This document shows positions 6,824-14,545 of a DNA stretch of 26,003 nt, piece by piece; positions within the stretch are counted from its first letter, which is position 1; each line of letters starts with the position of its first letter. The notes under the pieces are model-generated. The model did not search any database and was not told the origin of the DNA. It was given only the letters and a program-made list of their open reading frames with translations. Source of the DNA: a virus (lineage: Duplodnaviria; Caudoviricetes); IMG/VR virus record IMGVR_UViG_3300038797_000108, positions 1-26,003 of that record; one strand, 5' to 3'. The position numbers and the translations under genes were made by a program.

Positions 6824-7312
6824 ATGAGTCGCACAGATCTTTTGCCGGACGCTGGTCCGGTCCTACCGCTACGCCAGGCGATCTATCGCGCTGGTCGAGA
6901 CTATAAGGGCGGAATCACCGCCCTTGCCTTTGACATGGTGTTGGAGAACGACACCCTCCAGAAGAAACTCAAGCTCGATGAAGAACGTCGCTGGCTGAAT
7001 CCTGATGAGCTTGAAGAGCTGATCCGGCTGACTGGCGACTCGCGCTTGCTTGATGCGCTGATGCGGCCTGCAGGTGCGGTCTGGTATCGCCCGGTACCGG
7101 TACCGGCGACACGAGATGCTTTGAAAGCTGTCGGCAAGTTGCTCGGAGAGACAGGTGAGTTTGTCGCCGCGATGCACGATGGCGCTGCCGACAATGTCTG
7201 GGAGCTTCACGAAGTTCTCGACCTTGAAAAGCAGGGCATGGACGTAATCCGCGAAGTCCTCGGCATCATGGCGGGTGCACGCCAAGCGATGGAGGATCGC
7301 GACAATGGCTGA
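6824..7312 (+). CDS. Phage regulatory CII-family protein (162 aa)
   Basis: Lies after cro; YKGGITALA...TLQKKL......L...EL..LIRLTGD.RLLDAL pattern; SD AGGGGA. An in-frame upstream ATG at 6749 lacks an SD. Confidence 0.7.
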   Translation: MSRTDLLPDAGPVLPLRQAIYRAGRDYKGGITALAFDMVLENDTLQKKLKLDEERRWLNPDELEELIRLTGDSRLLDALMRPAGAVWYRPVPVPATRDALKAVGKLLGETGEFVAAMHDGAADNVWELHEVLDLEKQGMDVIREVLGIMAGARQAMEDRDNG

Positions 7313-7511
7313 CGATATCGATCGCGCTAATGATCAGGCGCAATACCTGCTCGACGTTGCCATCCATCGCAATCGTCGTATGCCAACAAGCCGTGTAAGT
7401 GCTCAGTTCTGCGAGGACTGCGACGATGCTATCCCGTTGCTCCGACAGCAGACGATTGAGGGTTGTGAAACCTGCGTCCACTGTCAGGGGTTGCGGGAGG
7501 CTCGGCGATGA
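7305..7511 (+). CDS. TraR/DksA C4-type zinc finger protein
   Basis: MADDIDRAND...CEDC...IP..R.....GCETCVHCQ; SD GGAGG. Confidence 0.9.
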   Translation: MADDIDRANDQAQYLLDVAIHRNRRMPTSRVSAQFCEDCDDAIPLLRQQTIEGCETCVHCQGLREARR

Positions 7512-10207
7512 GTGAACCGGCCAAAGGAATAGCCATCGCCACTTGGGCAAAACGTTACATCAACACATTTGACCTCGCCCTGGTCTCCATCGAGCCAGGT
7601 GAGAAAGCCCCGAAAGGTATGGGCTGGAACAAACCGGGCGGCTACTTCACCGATGCCGCCACGGCTGAAGCATTCTGGCAACGAAACCCTAACCACAATC
7701 TCGGCGTCGTGCTTGGGCCTAGTCGTGTCTGCTCGTTGGACGTAGACGATGTTCAGTGGACGCGTCATGTGTTGTTCGAGCTGCTAGGTGTCGATCTGGA
7801 TGCCATGGCGGTGGTTTACCCGACCATCGTTGGCAACCCCCTGCGCTTCCGTGTGTTGTTCAAATTGCCGGAAGGCGTTGAGCTGACCCGGCATTCTCTT
7901 TCATGGCCGAATGAAAATGACCCTGACGGTTCGATTTTTAAAGGCCTGATGGATAAGGCCAAGGCTGCGAAAGAGCAGGGCGATGCTGCCGGGGAGGCTG
8001 CGGCACGTGCGGAAGCTGATCCGTTCAAGCGCTTTACGGTGTTTGAACTGCGTGCTGGTCTGGTTCAGGACGTGTTCCCGCCGTCAATTCATCCGGGGAC
8101 CGGTAAGCCTTACACCTGGAAAACTCCGCCGAGCGCCGCTGACGGTTTGCCAACGCTAACCGCCGAGCTGCTTGCCATCTGGCAAAACTGGGACATCTTC
8201 AAGCGCGATGCTGAAGCGGCATGCCCGTGGGCGATCAAAGCTGCAGCGCCGCCGGCGAAGGTCGCTAAGCGCACCATATCGCCGGCGGGAAAGTCCCCCT
8301 CGGTGATCGATGAGTTCAACCGCAGCCATGACATCGAAGAACTTCTGCGCGCGCATGGTTACATCAAGCGTGGCAGCAAATGGCTTTACCCCCAGAGCAG
8401 CACCGGCCTGCCGGGCGTGACGATCAGCGAGGGTAAGGTTTATTCGCACCATGGCGCGGATCCACTCGCGAACGGGCATCAGAACGATGCCTTCGAAGTC
8501 TTCTGTTTACTCGAGCATGGCGGCGACCAGTCAAAGGCTGTGAAGGATGCTGCGCGGATGCTGGGTATGCAGCATACAGCGCGACCCGATCCGCGTGATC
8601 TTCCCCCGACCCCATCTGGTGACCTGAGCGAGCCGAGCTGTGCGCCTGACGCGGATGGCGAGGCCGCTCCGGCTCCTGACTGGGGCGCGGGGGAGGTGCT
8701 GACGCTTGACCATATTCTTCGGCGGTTTGCGCTGGTGGAGGGCACCACGCATGTGTGGGACTTTGACCAGTCGCGGGTGATGAAGAAGTCGGCATTTGAA
8801 GCGCGGGTCGGTAAGCCGCTGGCGAAACAGTGGTTGGAGGACACCGAGCGCCGCAAGCTGATTTCGGATGACCACGTGCGCGACATCGAGCAGGCGCGGC
8901 GGATGGCGGGCAAGAAGGGTGGCGCTTTCGGTATGCCGCCAACTGAGCGTTACGTGTACATCGACGGCACCAAGGATGTTTGGGATCGCGAGAAGAAACG
9001 TCGCGTTGCCGAAGGCGCCGTGAAAATGGCCTTGGGTGACACCTACCCGCTGTGGTTGAACAGCAGCGAACGGCGGGTAGTGGACGTAGACCATATCGTG
9101 TTTGACCCGACGATGACGAAAGACCCTAGCGTTTATATCAACACGTTCGACGGCCTGCCGCTGGAGCCGGTCAGGGATGATGAGGCCTGCGCGAACCTGC
9201 GTTGGTTGATTTCGTTTCTGTGCAATCACGATCAGGACGCGGCGCAGTGGTTGATCCGGTGGATGGCATACCCGCTTCAGCACCTGGGCGCCAAGATGGA
9301 CACGGCAGTGTTGATGCACTCCATCATGGAGGGCTCGGGCAAAAGCCTGTTGTTCGCTGATGCACTGGGGATGCTTTACGGGCAGTACGCGGCCACGGTC
9401 GGTCAGACGCAGCTCGAAAGTAACTTCAATGCCTGGCAAAGCCGAAAGCTCTGGTCGGTGTTTGAGGAAGTAGTCAGCCGTGACCAGCGTTACAACCAGG
9501 TGGGCAAGATCAAGCATTTGATCACCGGTAAGACGGTGCGCATGGAATCCAAGTTCATCAATGGTTGGGAAGAGGCTAACCATATGAACGCGGTGTTCCT
9601 GAGCAACGAGATCATGCCGTGGCCCATCAGCGAGAGTGACCGGCGGATGTTGGTGATGTGGCCAGAACAGACCCTGCCCGAGGTCCGGCAGAAGGCTATC
9701 GGCAACGAATTGAAAAATGGTGGTGTCGCGGCGCTCTACGGGTGGCTTTTGTCGGTCGACCTGGGCGACTTTGACGAACGCACTCGGCCACCGAGTACCG
9801 CGGCACGTGAACGCTTGGTGGCCCTGAGTCGGGCTGGTTGGCAAACATTCCTGAACCTCTGGAAGTTCGGCGAGCTGGGGCGCGATTTGTGGGGCGTGTG
9901 TCTATCGACCGATCTTTATTCGTTGTTCCTTGAGTGGTGCCACCGCAACAAAGAGCACGTGATGAGCCAGACGAAGTTCTCGCTGTTCATCGGTTCAGAA
10001 GTCGATAAAACCCGCTCTATTCCTTGGACTGAAGGCAGTAACAGGCGGTTTGGCGCGTTCTTCTTCCCGAACGATCCTGACGCTTCCCAGCCCCCATCAT
10101 TGAAGGCGGCCGATCTGGGCAAGACGGTGAGCGCCTGGCGTGCTCAGGCGAAGCTGGCAGGGTGGAACGTGGACAACTGGGAGCACGTCAAGGCGGCTGC
10201 AGCATGA
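7508..10207 (+). CDS. Bifunctional primase-polymerase (AEP) fused to an SF3-type helicase (DUF5906-like)
   Basis: N-terminal KAP...GW, NLGVVLG, LDVD and PPSIHP.TGKPY.W motifs; C-terminal Walker A EGSGKS, Walker B VFEEV, and FLSN / DRR motifs. Confidence 0.9.
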   Translation: MSEPAKGIAIATWAKRYINTFDLALVSIEPGEKAPKGMGWNKPGGYFTDAATAEAFWQRNPNHNLGVVLGPSRVCSLDVDDVQWTRHVLFELLGVDLDAMAVVYPTIVGNPLRFRVLFKLPEGVELTRHSLSWPNENDPDGSIFKGLMDKAKAAKEQGDAAGEAAARAEADPFKRFTVFELRAGLVQDVFPPSIHPGTGKPYTWKTPPSAADGLPTLTAELLAIWQNWDIFKRDAEAACPWAIKAAAPPAKVAKRTISPAGKSPSVIDEFNRSHDIEELLRAHGYIKRGSKWLYPQSSTGLPGVTISEGKVYSHHGADPLANGHQNDAFEVFCLLEHGGDQSKAVKDAARMLGMQHTARPDPRDLPPTPSGDLSEPSCAPDADGEAAPAPDWGAGEVLTLDHILRRFALVEGTTHVWDFDQSRVMKKSAFEARVGKPLAKQWLEDTERRKLISDDHVRDIEQARRMAGKKGGAFGMPPTERYVYIDGTKDVWDREKKRRVAEGAVKMALGDTYPLWLNSSERRVVDVDHIVFDPTMTKDPSVYINTFDGLPLEPVRDDEACANLRWLISFLCNHDQDAAQWLIRWMAYPLQHLGAKMDTAVLMHSIMEGSGKSLLFADALGMLYGQYAATVGQTQLESNFNAWQSRKLWSVFEEVVSRDQRYNQVGKIKHLITGKTVRMESKFINGWEEANHMNAVFLSNEIMPWPISESDRRMLVMWPEQTLPEVRQKAIGNELKNGGVAALYGWLLSVDLGDFDERTRPPSTAARERLVALSRAGWQTFLNLWKFGELGRDLWGVCLSTDLYSLFLEWCHRNKEHVMSQTKFSLFIGSEVDKTRSIPWTEGSNRRFGAFFFPNDPDASQPPSLKAADLGKTVSAWRAQAKLAGWNVDNWEHVKAAAA

Positions 10208-10220
10208 GTGCGCCTAAAAG

Positions 10221-10512
10221 TGTGTTGGGTGTGTCGGGCGTGTGTTGGGTTGGTTTTGAGTACCCCACACAATTTTGGGCCTTGGATTACGCGGGTTTCC
10301 GCCGGTTGTGTGGGGTGTGTTGGGTTTGGCGTCGCGCACGCGCATGCATGACGTTATTTGAATGGCAAACAAAGGCCGTAATTTTTTCTTATGCGAGGAC
10401 CGATAAACCCAACAAACCCAACACACTCAACTCAAAGTTAATAAAGGTGTTGATTTTAAAGAGATTTATTTGTGTTGGGTTTGTGTTGGGTAGTGCGTTT
10501 TTTGTGTCGGGT
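10221..10512. repeat. Iteron array, candidate replication origin
   Basis: About 11 copies of TGTGTTGGGT (6 perfect) in both orientations around an AT-rich stretch, directly after the primase-helicase gene. Confidence 0.75.
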
Positions 10513-10535
10513 TCGGTTTTTCGGGGGGAAGGACG

Positions 10536-11018
10536 ATGATCGAGGTAATGGAAGTACTGCTGAAGCATTGGGGCGAGCAACTTCGGAGTAATGGCGAATC
10601 CGGCGGCATGGGCAGCCCCATGGCGACGATCATGGAGTGGGGCGGTTGTGCGCCACGCGGAACGCCCGGGTCGCGGATCATCCTCGGTGCAGGAGCTGGC
10701 CCTGATGCTGTTGCTCAGGAGATTGGTGCTGCGCTGTCGGAGATCGCTCGGCAGGATGAGCGCGGTGAGCGGCTACATCGGTTGGCAGCTTTGCGGTATT
10801 GCGAGGATCCGGCGCCGACGTGGTTGATGCAGATGCATCTGTTGGGTTTGGAGTCCAAAGCGAAACAGACTTACTACGACCAGGTGCACGGACTTCACGA
10901 ACGGCTGCTGACGGTCATCACTGAGCGTGCTGATGCTCGCAAGTGGCTTGCCACTGGTCGGGGCGGAATGCCTCAAAGTCTCCTCAAAGTTGCGTCAAAG
11001 TTGCGTCAAGTTGGATAA
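10536..11018 (+). CDS. Putative late-gene regulator, Q-like antiterminator
   Basis: Last early gene before the late leader; N-terminus MIEVMEVLLKHWG resembles phage 21-type Q (L.rWG). Function is inferred mainly from position. Confidence 0.5.
   Translation: MIEVMEVLLKHWGEQLRSNGESGGMGSPMATIMEWGGCAPRGTPGSRIILGAGAGPDAVAQEIGAALSEIARQDERGERLHRLAALRYCEDPAPTWLMQMHLLGLESKAKQTYYDQVHGLHERLLTVITERADARKWLATGRGGMPQSLLKVASKLRQVG
10972..11013 (+). repeat. Four direct repeats TCAA(A)GT with 11-bp period
   Basis: Cores start at 10973, 10984, 10995 and 11006. Confidence 0.8.
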
Positions 11019-11145
11019 CCGAAAATGGCCTCTTTTCGGTTCCGTACTGAGGGGGTAAAAAGTCCCCACGATATGGAATTTGCGCCTTGGCGCTGACCTC
11101 GCACGTGCTGTGCAGCTTTACCCGGCCCACCCTGAGCCGGTCACC

Positions 11146-11172
11146 AACCCCGCTTCGGCGGGGTTTTCTTTT
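11146..11172 (+). terminator. tR'-like intrinsic terminator before the holin
   Basis: AACCCCGC-TTCG-GCGGGGTT followed by TTCTTTT. Confidence 0.88.
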
Positions 11173-11203
11173 GCGGCTCCGGCACCACCACTTAGGACAG
11201 AAC

Positions 11204-11548
11204 ATGACAAATGAACAGCAGGCGCTGGCGGAAATGCCGATCTGGTTGGTGATCCTCTTGGCCTTGGTCGGCGGCGTTTCGGGTGAGATGTGGCGGGCGG
11301 ATAAAGATGGTGCGCGCGGCTGGGCATTGTTGCGGCGCTTGGCTCTGCGGTCTGGTGCCTGCATCGTCTGCGGAGTGTCGGCAATGATGCTGATGATCGG
11401 TGCCGGTTTATCGGTCTGGACGGCAGGCGCGATCGGATGCCTCACCGCAATGGCCGGCGCCGATGTGGCGATTGGGTTGTATGAGCGTTGGGTCGCGAAG
11501 CGGCTCGGTGTCACTGAGGTTCCTGCCGATGTCCAGTCCGAACGATGA
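11204..11548 (+). CDS. Holin, Pseudomonas pyocin/prophage type (114 aa)
   Basis: MTNEQQALAEMPIWLVILLALVGGVSGEMWRADK...AMAGADVAIGLYERW; three hydrophobic segments; SD AGGA. Confidence 0.88.
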   Translation: MTNEQQALAEMPIWLVILLALVGGVSGEMWRADKDGARGWALLRRLALRSGACIVCGVSAMMLMIGAGLSVWTAGAIGCLTAMAGADVAIGLYERWVAKRLGVTEVPADVQSER

Positions 11549-11897
11549 TCGACGAGGCAGCAGCACTGAGCGTGGTTATGGGTACAAGTGGCAGAAGTCC
11601 CGTGATGGGCATCTTCGTCAGCATCCTTACTGCGCCATGTGTTCGACCGACCAGCGTCCGGTTGCTGCCACTGTGGTTGACCACAAGATTGCGCCGAAGC
11701 TGAAGGACGCCAAGGACAGTGGTGATCCGGCACGCATCAAGGCCGCATGGAAGTTGTTCTGGAATCCAAAGAACTGGGCGAGCCTGTGCAAGTTCTGCCA
11801 CGACTCGACCAAGCAGCGGATGGAGAGGAGCGGTCGGCTCCCTGGCTGTCACTCAGACGGCAGACCGGTCGATCCGGGGCATCACTGGAACCGGTGA
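11529..11897 (+). CDS. Packaging-associated HNH endonuclease (HK97 gp74-like)
   Basis: RGYGYKWQ..R...L..HPYC.MC...ATVVDH...LFW.PKNW.SLC..CH...K; precedes terS. Confidence 0.9.
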   Translation: MSSPNDDRRGSSTERGYGYKWQKSRDGHLRQHPYCAMCSTDQRPVAATVVDHKIAPKLKDAKDSGDPARIKAAWKLFWNPKNWASLCKFCHDSTKQRMERSGRLPGCHSDGRPVDPGHHWNR

Positions 11898-11919
11898 TCA
11901 GCGATCAACCACGCACCAA

Positions 11920-12035
11920 AAAAATGCACCACCCGAGGGTAGGGGGGGTGAAAAACTTCGGCGGGAATTTGTTCTAGACCGCTCGCCCCCCTCTCTTCGC
12001 AAAGTCGGGAAAAATGAGGGAGGGGGGGTATCAAG
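11920..12035. other. Probable cos region
   Basis: Non-coding gap between HNH and terS with G runs (AGGGTAGGGGGGGTGAAAAA...GACCGCTCGCCCCCC), the usual cos position in HK97/P27-like phages. The exact cut site was not determined. Confidence 0.55.
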
Positions 12036-12050
12036 GTAAGGGGTTATTTT

Positions 12051-12584
12051 ATGGCCGGAAATGGAAACTCAGGGCGCCCCGGAATGCCGGTGGCGCTCAA
12101 AATTTTGCAAGGAAATAAGGGGCGGGAAAATATCGATGACCTGCTCGCCCAGGTAGCGCAGCCCGCTGTCCCGGTGGGCGCGCCGCCAAGACCCGATGTC
12201 TTGTCTCCTGAAGCAATCGCCGAGTGGGACGAACTGGTCCCCGCGCTGATTTCTCTGGGCATCGTTTCACAGCTCGACTCGATGGCGCTGGCCACCTACT
12301 GCCAGGCCGTTGCCGATTGGCGCCGCTACCAGCGTCTGATCACCAAGCGCAACGCCGAGTCCGACGACGAATTAGGCGGCGATATCCAGACCTTCAAGAC
12401 CGGCGCGCAGCAAGTCCACGCCCTTCGGACGCTTGCGAACGACGCGGAGAAGCGTGCCAATGCCGCCGGCGCCCAGTTCGGCATGTCGCCAATGTCCCGG
12501 CGCAACCTGAAAACTGCCCCGGCCCCGCAAGGTGATCTATTCCCAAATGCCCAACGAGACGCCGCAGACAAGTACTTCAGCTGA
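12051..12584 (+). CDS. terS: Terminase small subunit, P27 family
   Basis: GRPGMP.ALK.LQGN.G...P..L...A..EW...LA.YC.A...W...FGMSP.SR. Confidence 0.9.
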   Translation: MAGNGNSGRPGMPVALKILQGNKGRENIDDLLAQVAQPAVPVGAPPRPDVLSPEAIAEWDELVPALISLGIVSQLDSMALATYCQAVADWRRYQRLITKRNAESDDELGGDIQTFKTGAQQVHALRTLANDAEKRANAAGAQFGMSPMSRRNLKTAPAPQGDLFPNAQRDAADKYFS

Positions 12585-14361
12585 CGACCGAGTCACTAGT
12601 TTCGCTCACGCCGTCCTGGCTGGCGAAATCGTCGCAGGCCCCAACGTCCGTAACGCTTGTAAACGCCACCTTCGAGATCTTGAGCACGGCCCGGCTCGCG
12701 GTTTGGTCTGGGATCTTGAGCGCGTGAACCGCGCCCTCGGTTTTTTCGAAGATGTCCTTTGCCTCAACGGTGGCGACTACGAGGGCATGCCCTTCATGCT
12801 CGCGCCCTGGCAAGCGTTTGTCGTCGGTAGTTTGTTCGGTTGGATGACGATTGATGGTTATCGCCGCTTTCGACTTGGCTACATCGAGACCGGAAAAGGC
12901 TCGGGCAAGAGTCCGTTGGTTGCTGGCATCGGCCTTTATGGGTTGGTGGCCGACGGCGAGCAGCGCGCCGAAATCTATGCTGCCGCCACCAAGCGCGACC
13001 AGGCAATGATCCTGTTTCGGGATGCCGTGTCGATGGTCGACATGTCGAAGAATCTTCGATCGCGACTTGTGCAGTCGGGTCGCGATGAAAAAGTCTGGAA
13101 CCTGTTCTACCAGAACACTAACTCCTTTTTTCGGCCCATCAGCGCCGACGAAGGTAAGTCCGGTCCACGGCCGCACATTGGCTTGCTCGACGAGCTGCAT
13201 GAGCACAAGTCCGCTTCCACTGTGAACATGATGCGGGCTGGTACCAAGAACCGCCGCAAAGCCATGGTGGTAATGATCACCAACAGTGGTTCCGATAAGA
13301 AGACGGTCTGCGGTCAGTACCACGATCTGGGCGTGCGGATCTGCGCGGCCATCGAAGATGATGACAGTTTCTTCGCCTTCATCTGCTCGCTGGATGAAGG
13401 TGATGACCCGTTCAAGGACGAGGCCTGCTGGCCCAAGGTCAACCCCTCGCTCGACTACATCGCCGAAGGGCAAAGCGATGGCATTCCGGGCCGCAAGTAT
13501 CTGCGTGAGCAGGTCCAGTCGGCCCGTGGGTTGCCGGCTCAAGAGTCGGTGGTGCGCCGTCTCAACTTCTGCGAATGGACACAAGCTGATGCCCCGTGGA
13601 TTTCTTGGGGCGTGTGGAAGCAAGCCGAAGAGCGTGTGCCAATGCGGCTCCTGCGCAACCGCCGTTGTGTCGGCGGGCTCGACCTGGCCAGCACCACGGA
13701 CTTGACCGCATTCGTCCTGATTTTCTGGCCCGCGCCGCACGATCCGCACTGGCGGCTGCTGCCGTACTTCTGGATCCCGGACGACGACCTGCAAGGACGT
13801 GAGGATCGCGACAAGGTGCCCTACGCCATGTGGGTTAAAGATGGGCACCTTGAAACGACCCCGGGCCGGGCCATCAGCAAGCTGCATGTGCTGCGTCGTC
13901 TGGTCACGATCTGTGCGTACTTCGATGTCGAGCGCATCGCCTATGACCGCTGGCGCATTGAAGACCTGCTGCAGCTGATGTCCGAGTACGACATCTCGCT
14001 CCCGGAAATGGTGGGCTTCGGCCAGGGCTACAAGGACATGGGGCCGGCAGTTGATGAGTTTGAACGTCGTTTGTTGGGCCTGGCTCCCGAGCAAGACGTG
14101 ATCGATCTTGATCCCGCTGACTGGGAGGTTATCGAAAGCGAGACAGTTGAAACCCTGCGTCACGACGGCAACCCGGTAATGACCTGGTGCGCGGGCAACG
14201 CGGTGATTGTTTCCGATCCAGCCAACAACCGAAAGGCCGACAAGGCCAAGGCGACTGGTCGGATCGACGGCATCGTTGCATCAATCATGGCCGTCGGAAT
14301 CAGCAGCAAGGCTGCGGGGCCGAGTGGTAAATCCATCTACGACGAAGGGGCGGGTATATGA
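12547..14361 (+). CDS. terL: Terminase large subunit
   Basis: LAPWQAF, Walker A GKGSGKS, Walker B LLDELHEH, nuclease GLDLAST.DL, YDRW, QG, HDGNPV, RIDG. Start could be 12532 or 12547. Confidence 0.95.
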   Translation: MPNETPQTSTSADDRVTSFAHAVLAGEIVAGPNVRNACKRHLRDLEHGPARGLVWDLERVNRALGFFEDVLCLNGGDYEGMPFMLAPWQAFVVGSLFGWMTIDGYRRFRLGYIETGKGSGKSPLVAGIGLYGLVADGEQRAEIYAAATKRDQAMILFRDAVSMVDMSKNLRSRLVQSGRDEKVWNLFYQNTNSFFRPISADEGKSGPRPHIGLLDELHEHKSASTVNMMRAGTKNRRKAMVVMITNSGSDKKTVCGQYHDLGVRICAAIEDDDSFFAFICSLDEGDDPFKDEACWPKVNPSLDYIAEGQSDGIPGRKYLREQVQSARGLPAQESVVRRLNFCEWTQADAPWISWGVWKQAEERVPMRLLRNRRCVGGLDLASTTDLTAFVLIFWPAPHDPHWRLLPYFWIPDDDLQGREDRDKVPYAMWVKDGHLETTPGRAISKLHVLRRLVTICAYFDVERIAYDRWRIEDLLQLMSEYDISLPEMVGFGQGYKDMGPAVDEFERRLLGLAPEQDVIDLDPADWEVIESETVETLRHDGNPVMTWCAGNAVIVSDPANNRKADKAKATGRIDGIVASIMAVGISSKAAGPSGKSIYDEGAGI

Positions 14362-14543
14362 AGTTGGTCATCCTGTCTTGGCTGGCCGGGCTGTTGGGCT
14401 TCGGCCTGCTGGTCGGCGGTGTGGCGATGATGCACGGCCCAGCCGCGTGCATTATCGCGGGTATTGGGCTGCTGACCTGGTCCCGACTGGCCGATCGGGC
14501 AGCGGCTGCAATGACAGCCAAATCCAAACCCAAAGGAGGTTGA
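14358..14543 (+). CDS. Small two-transmembrane protein between terL and portal
   Basis: 61 aa, hydrophobic; ATGA-coupled to terL; same position as in several HK97-like phages. Confidence 0.75.
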   Translation: MKLVILSWLAGLLGFGLLVGGVAMMHGPAACIIAGIGLLTWSRLADRAAAAMTAKSKPKGG

Positions 14544-14545
14544 GC

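Noticed and set aside
11085-11146. tRNA gene (ACCA before terminator)
   Set aside because: No TTCRA T-loop, D-loop or 7-bp acceptor stem; kept only as a structured leader
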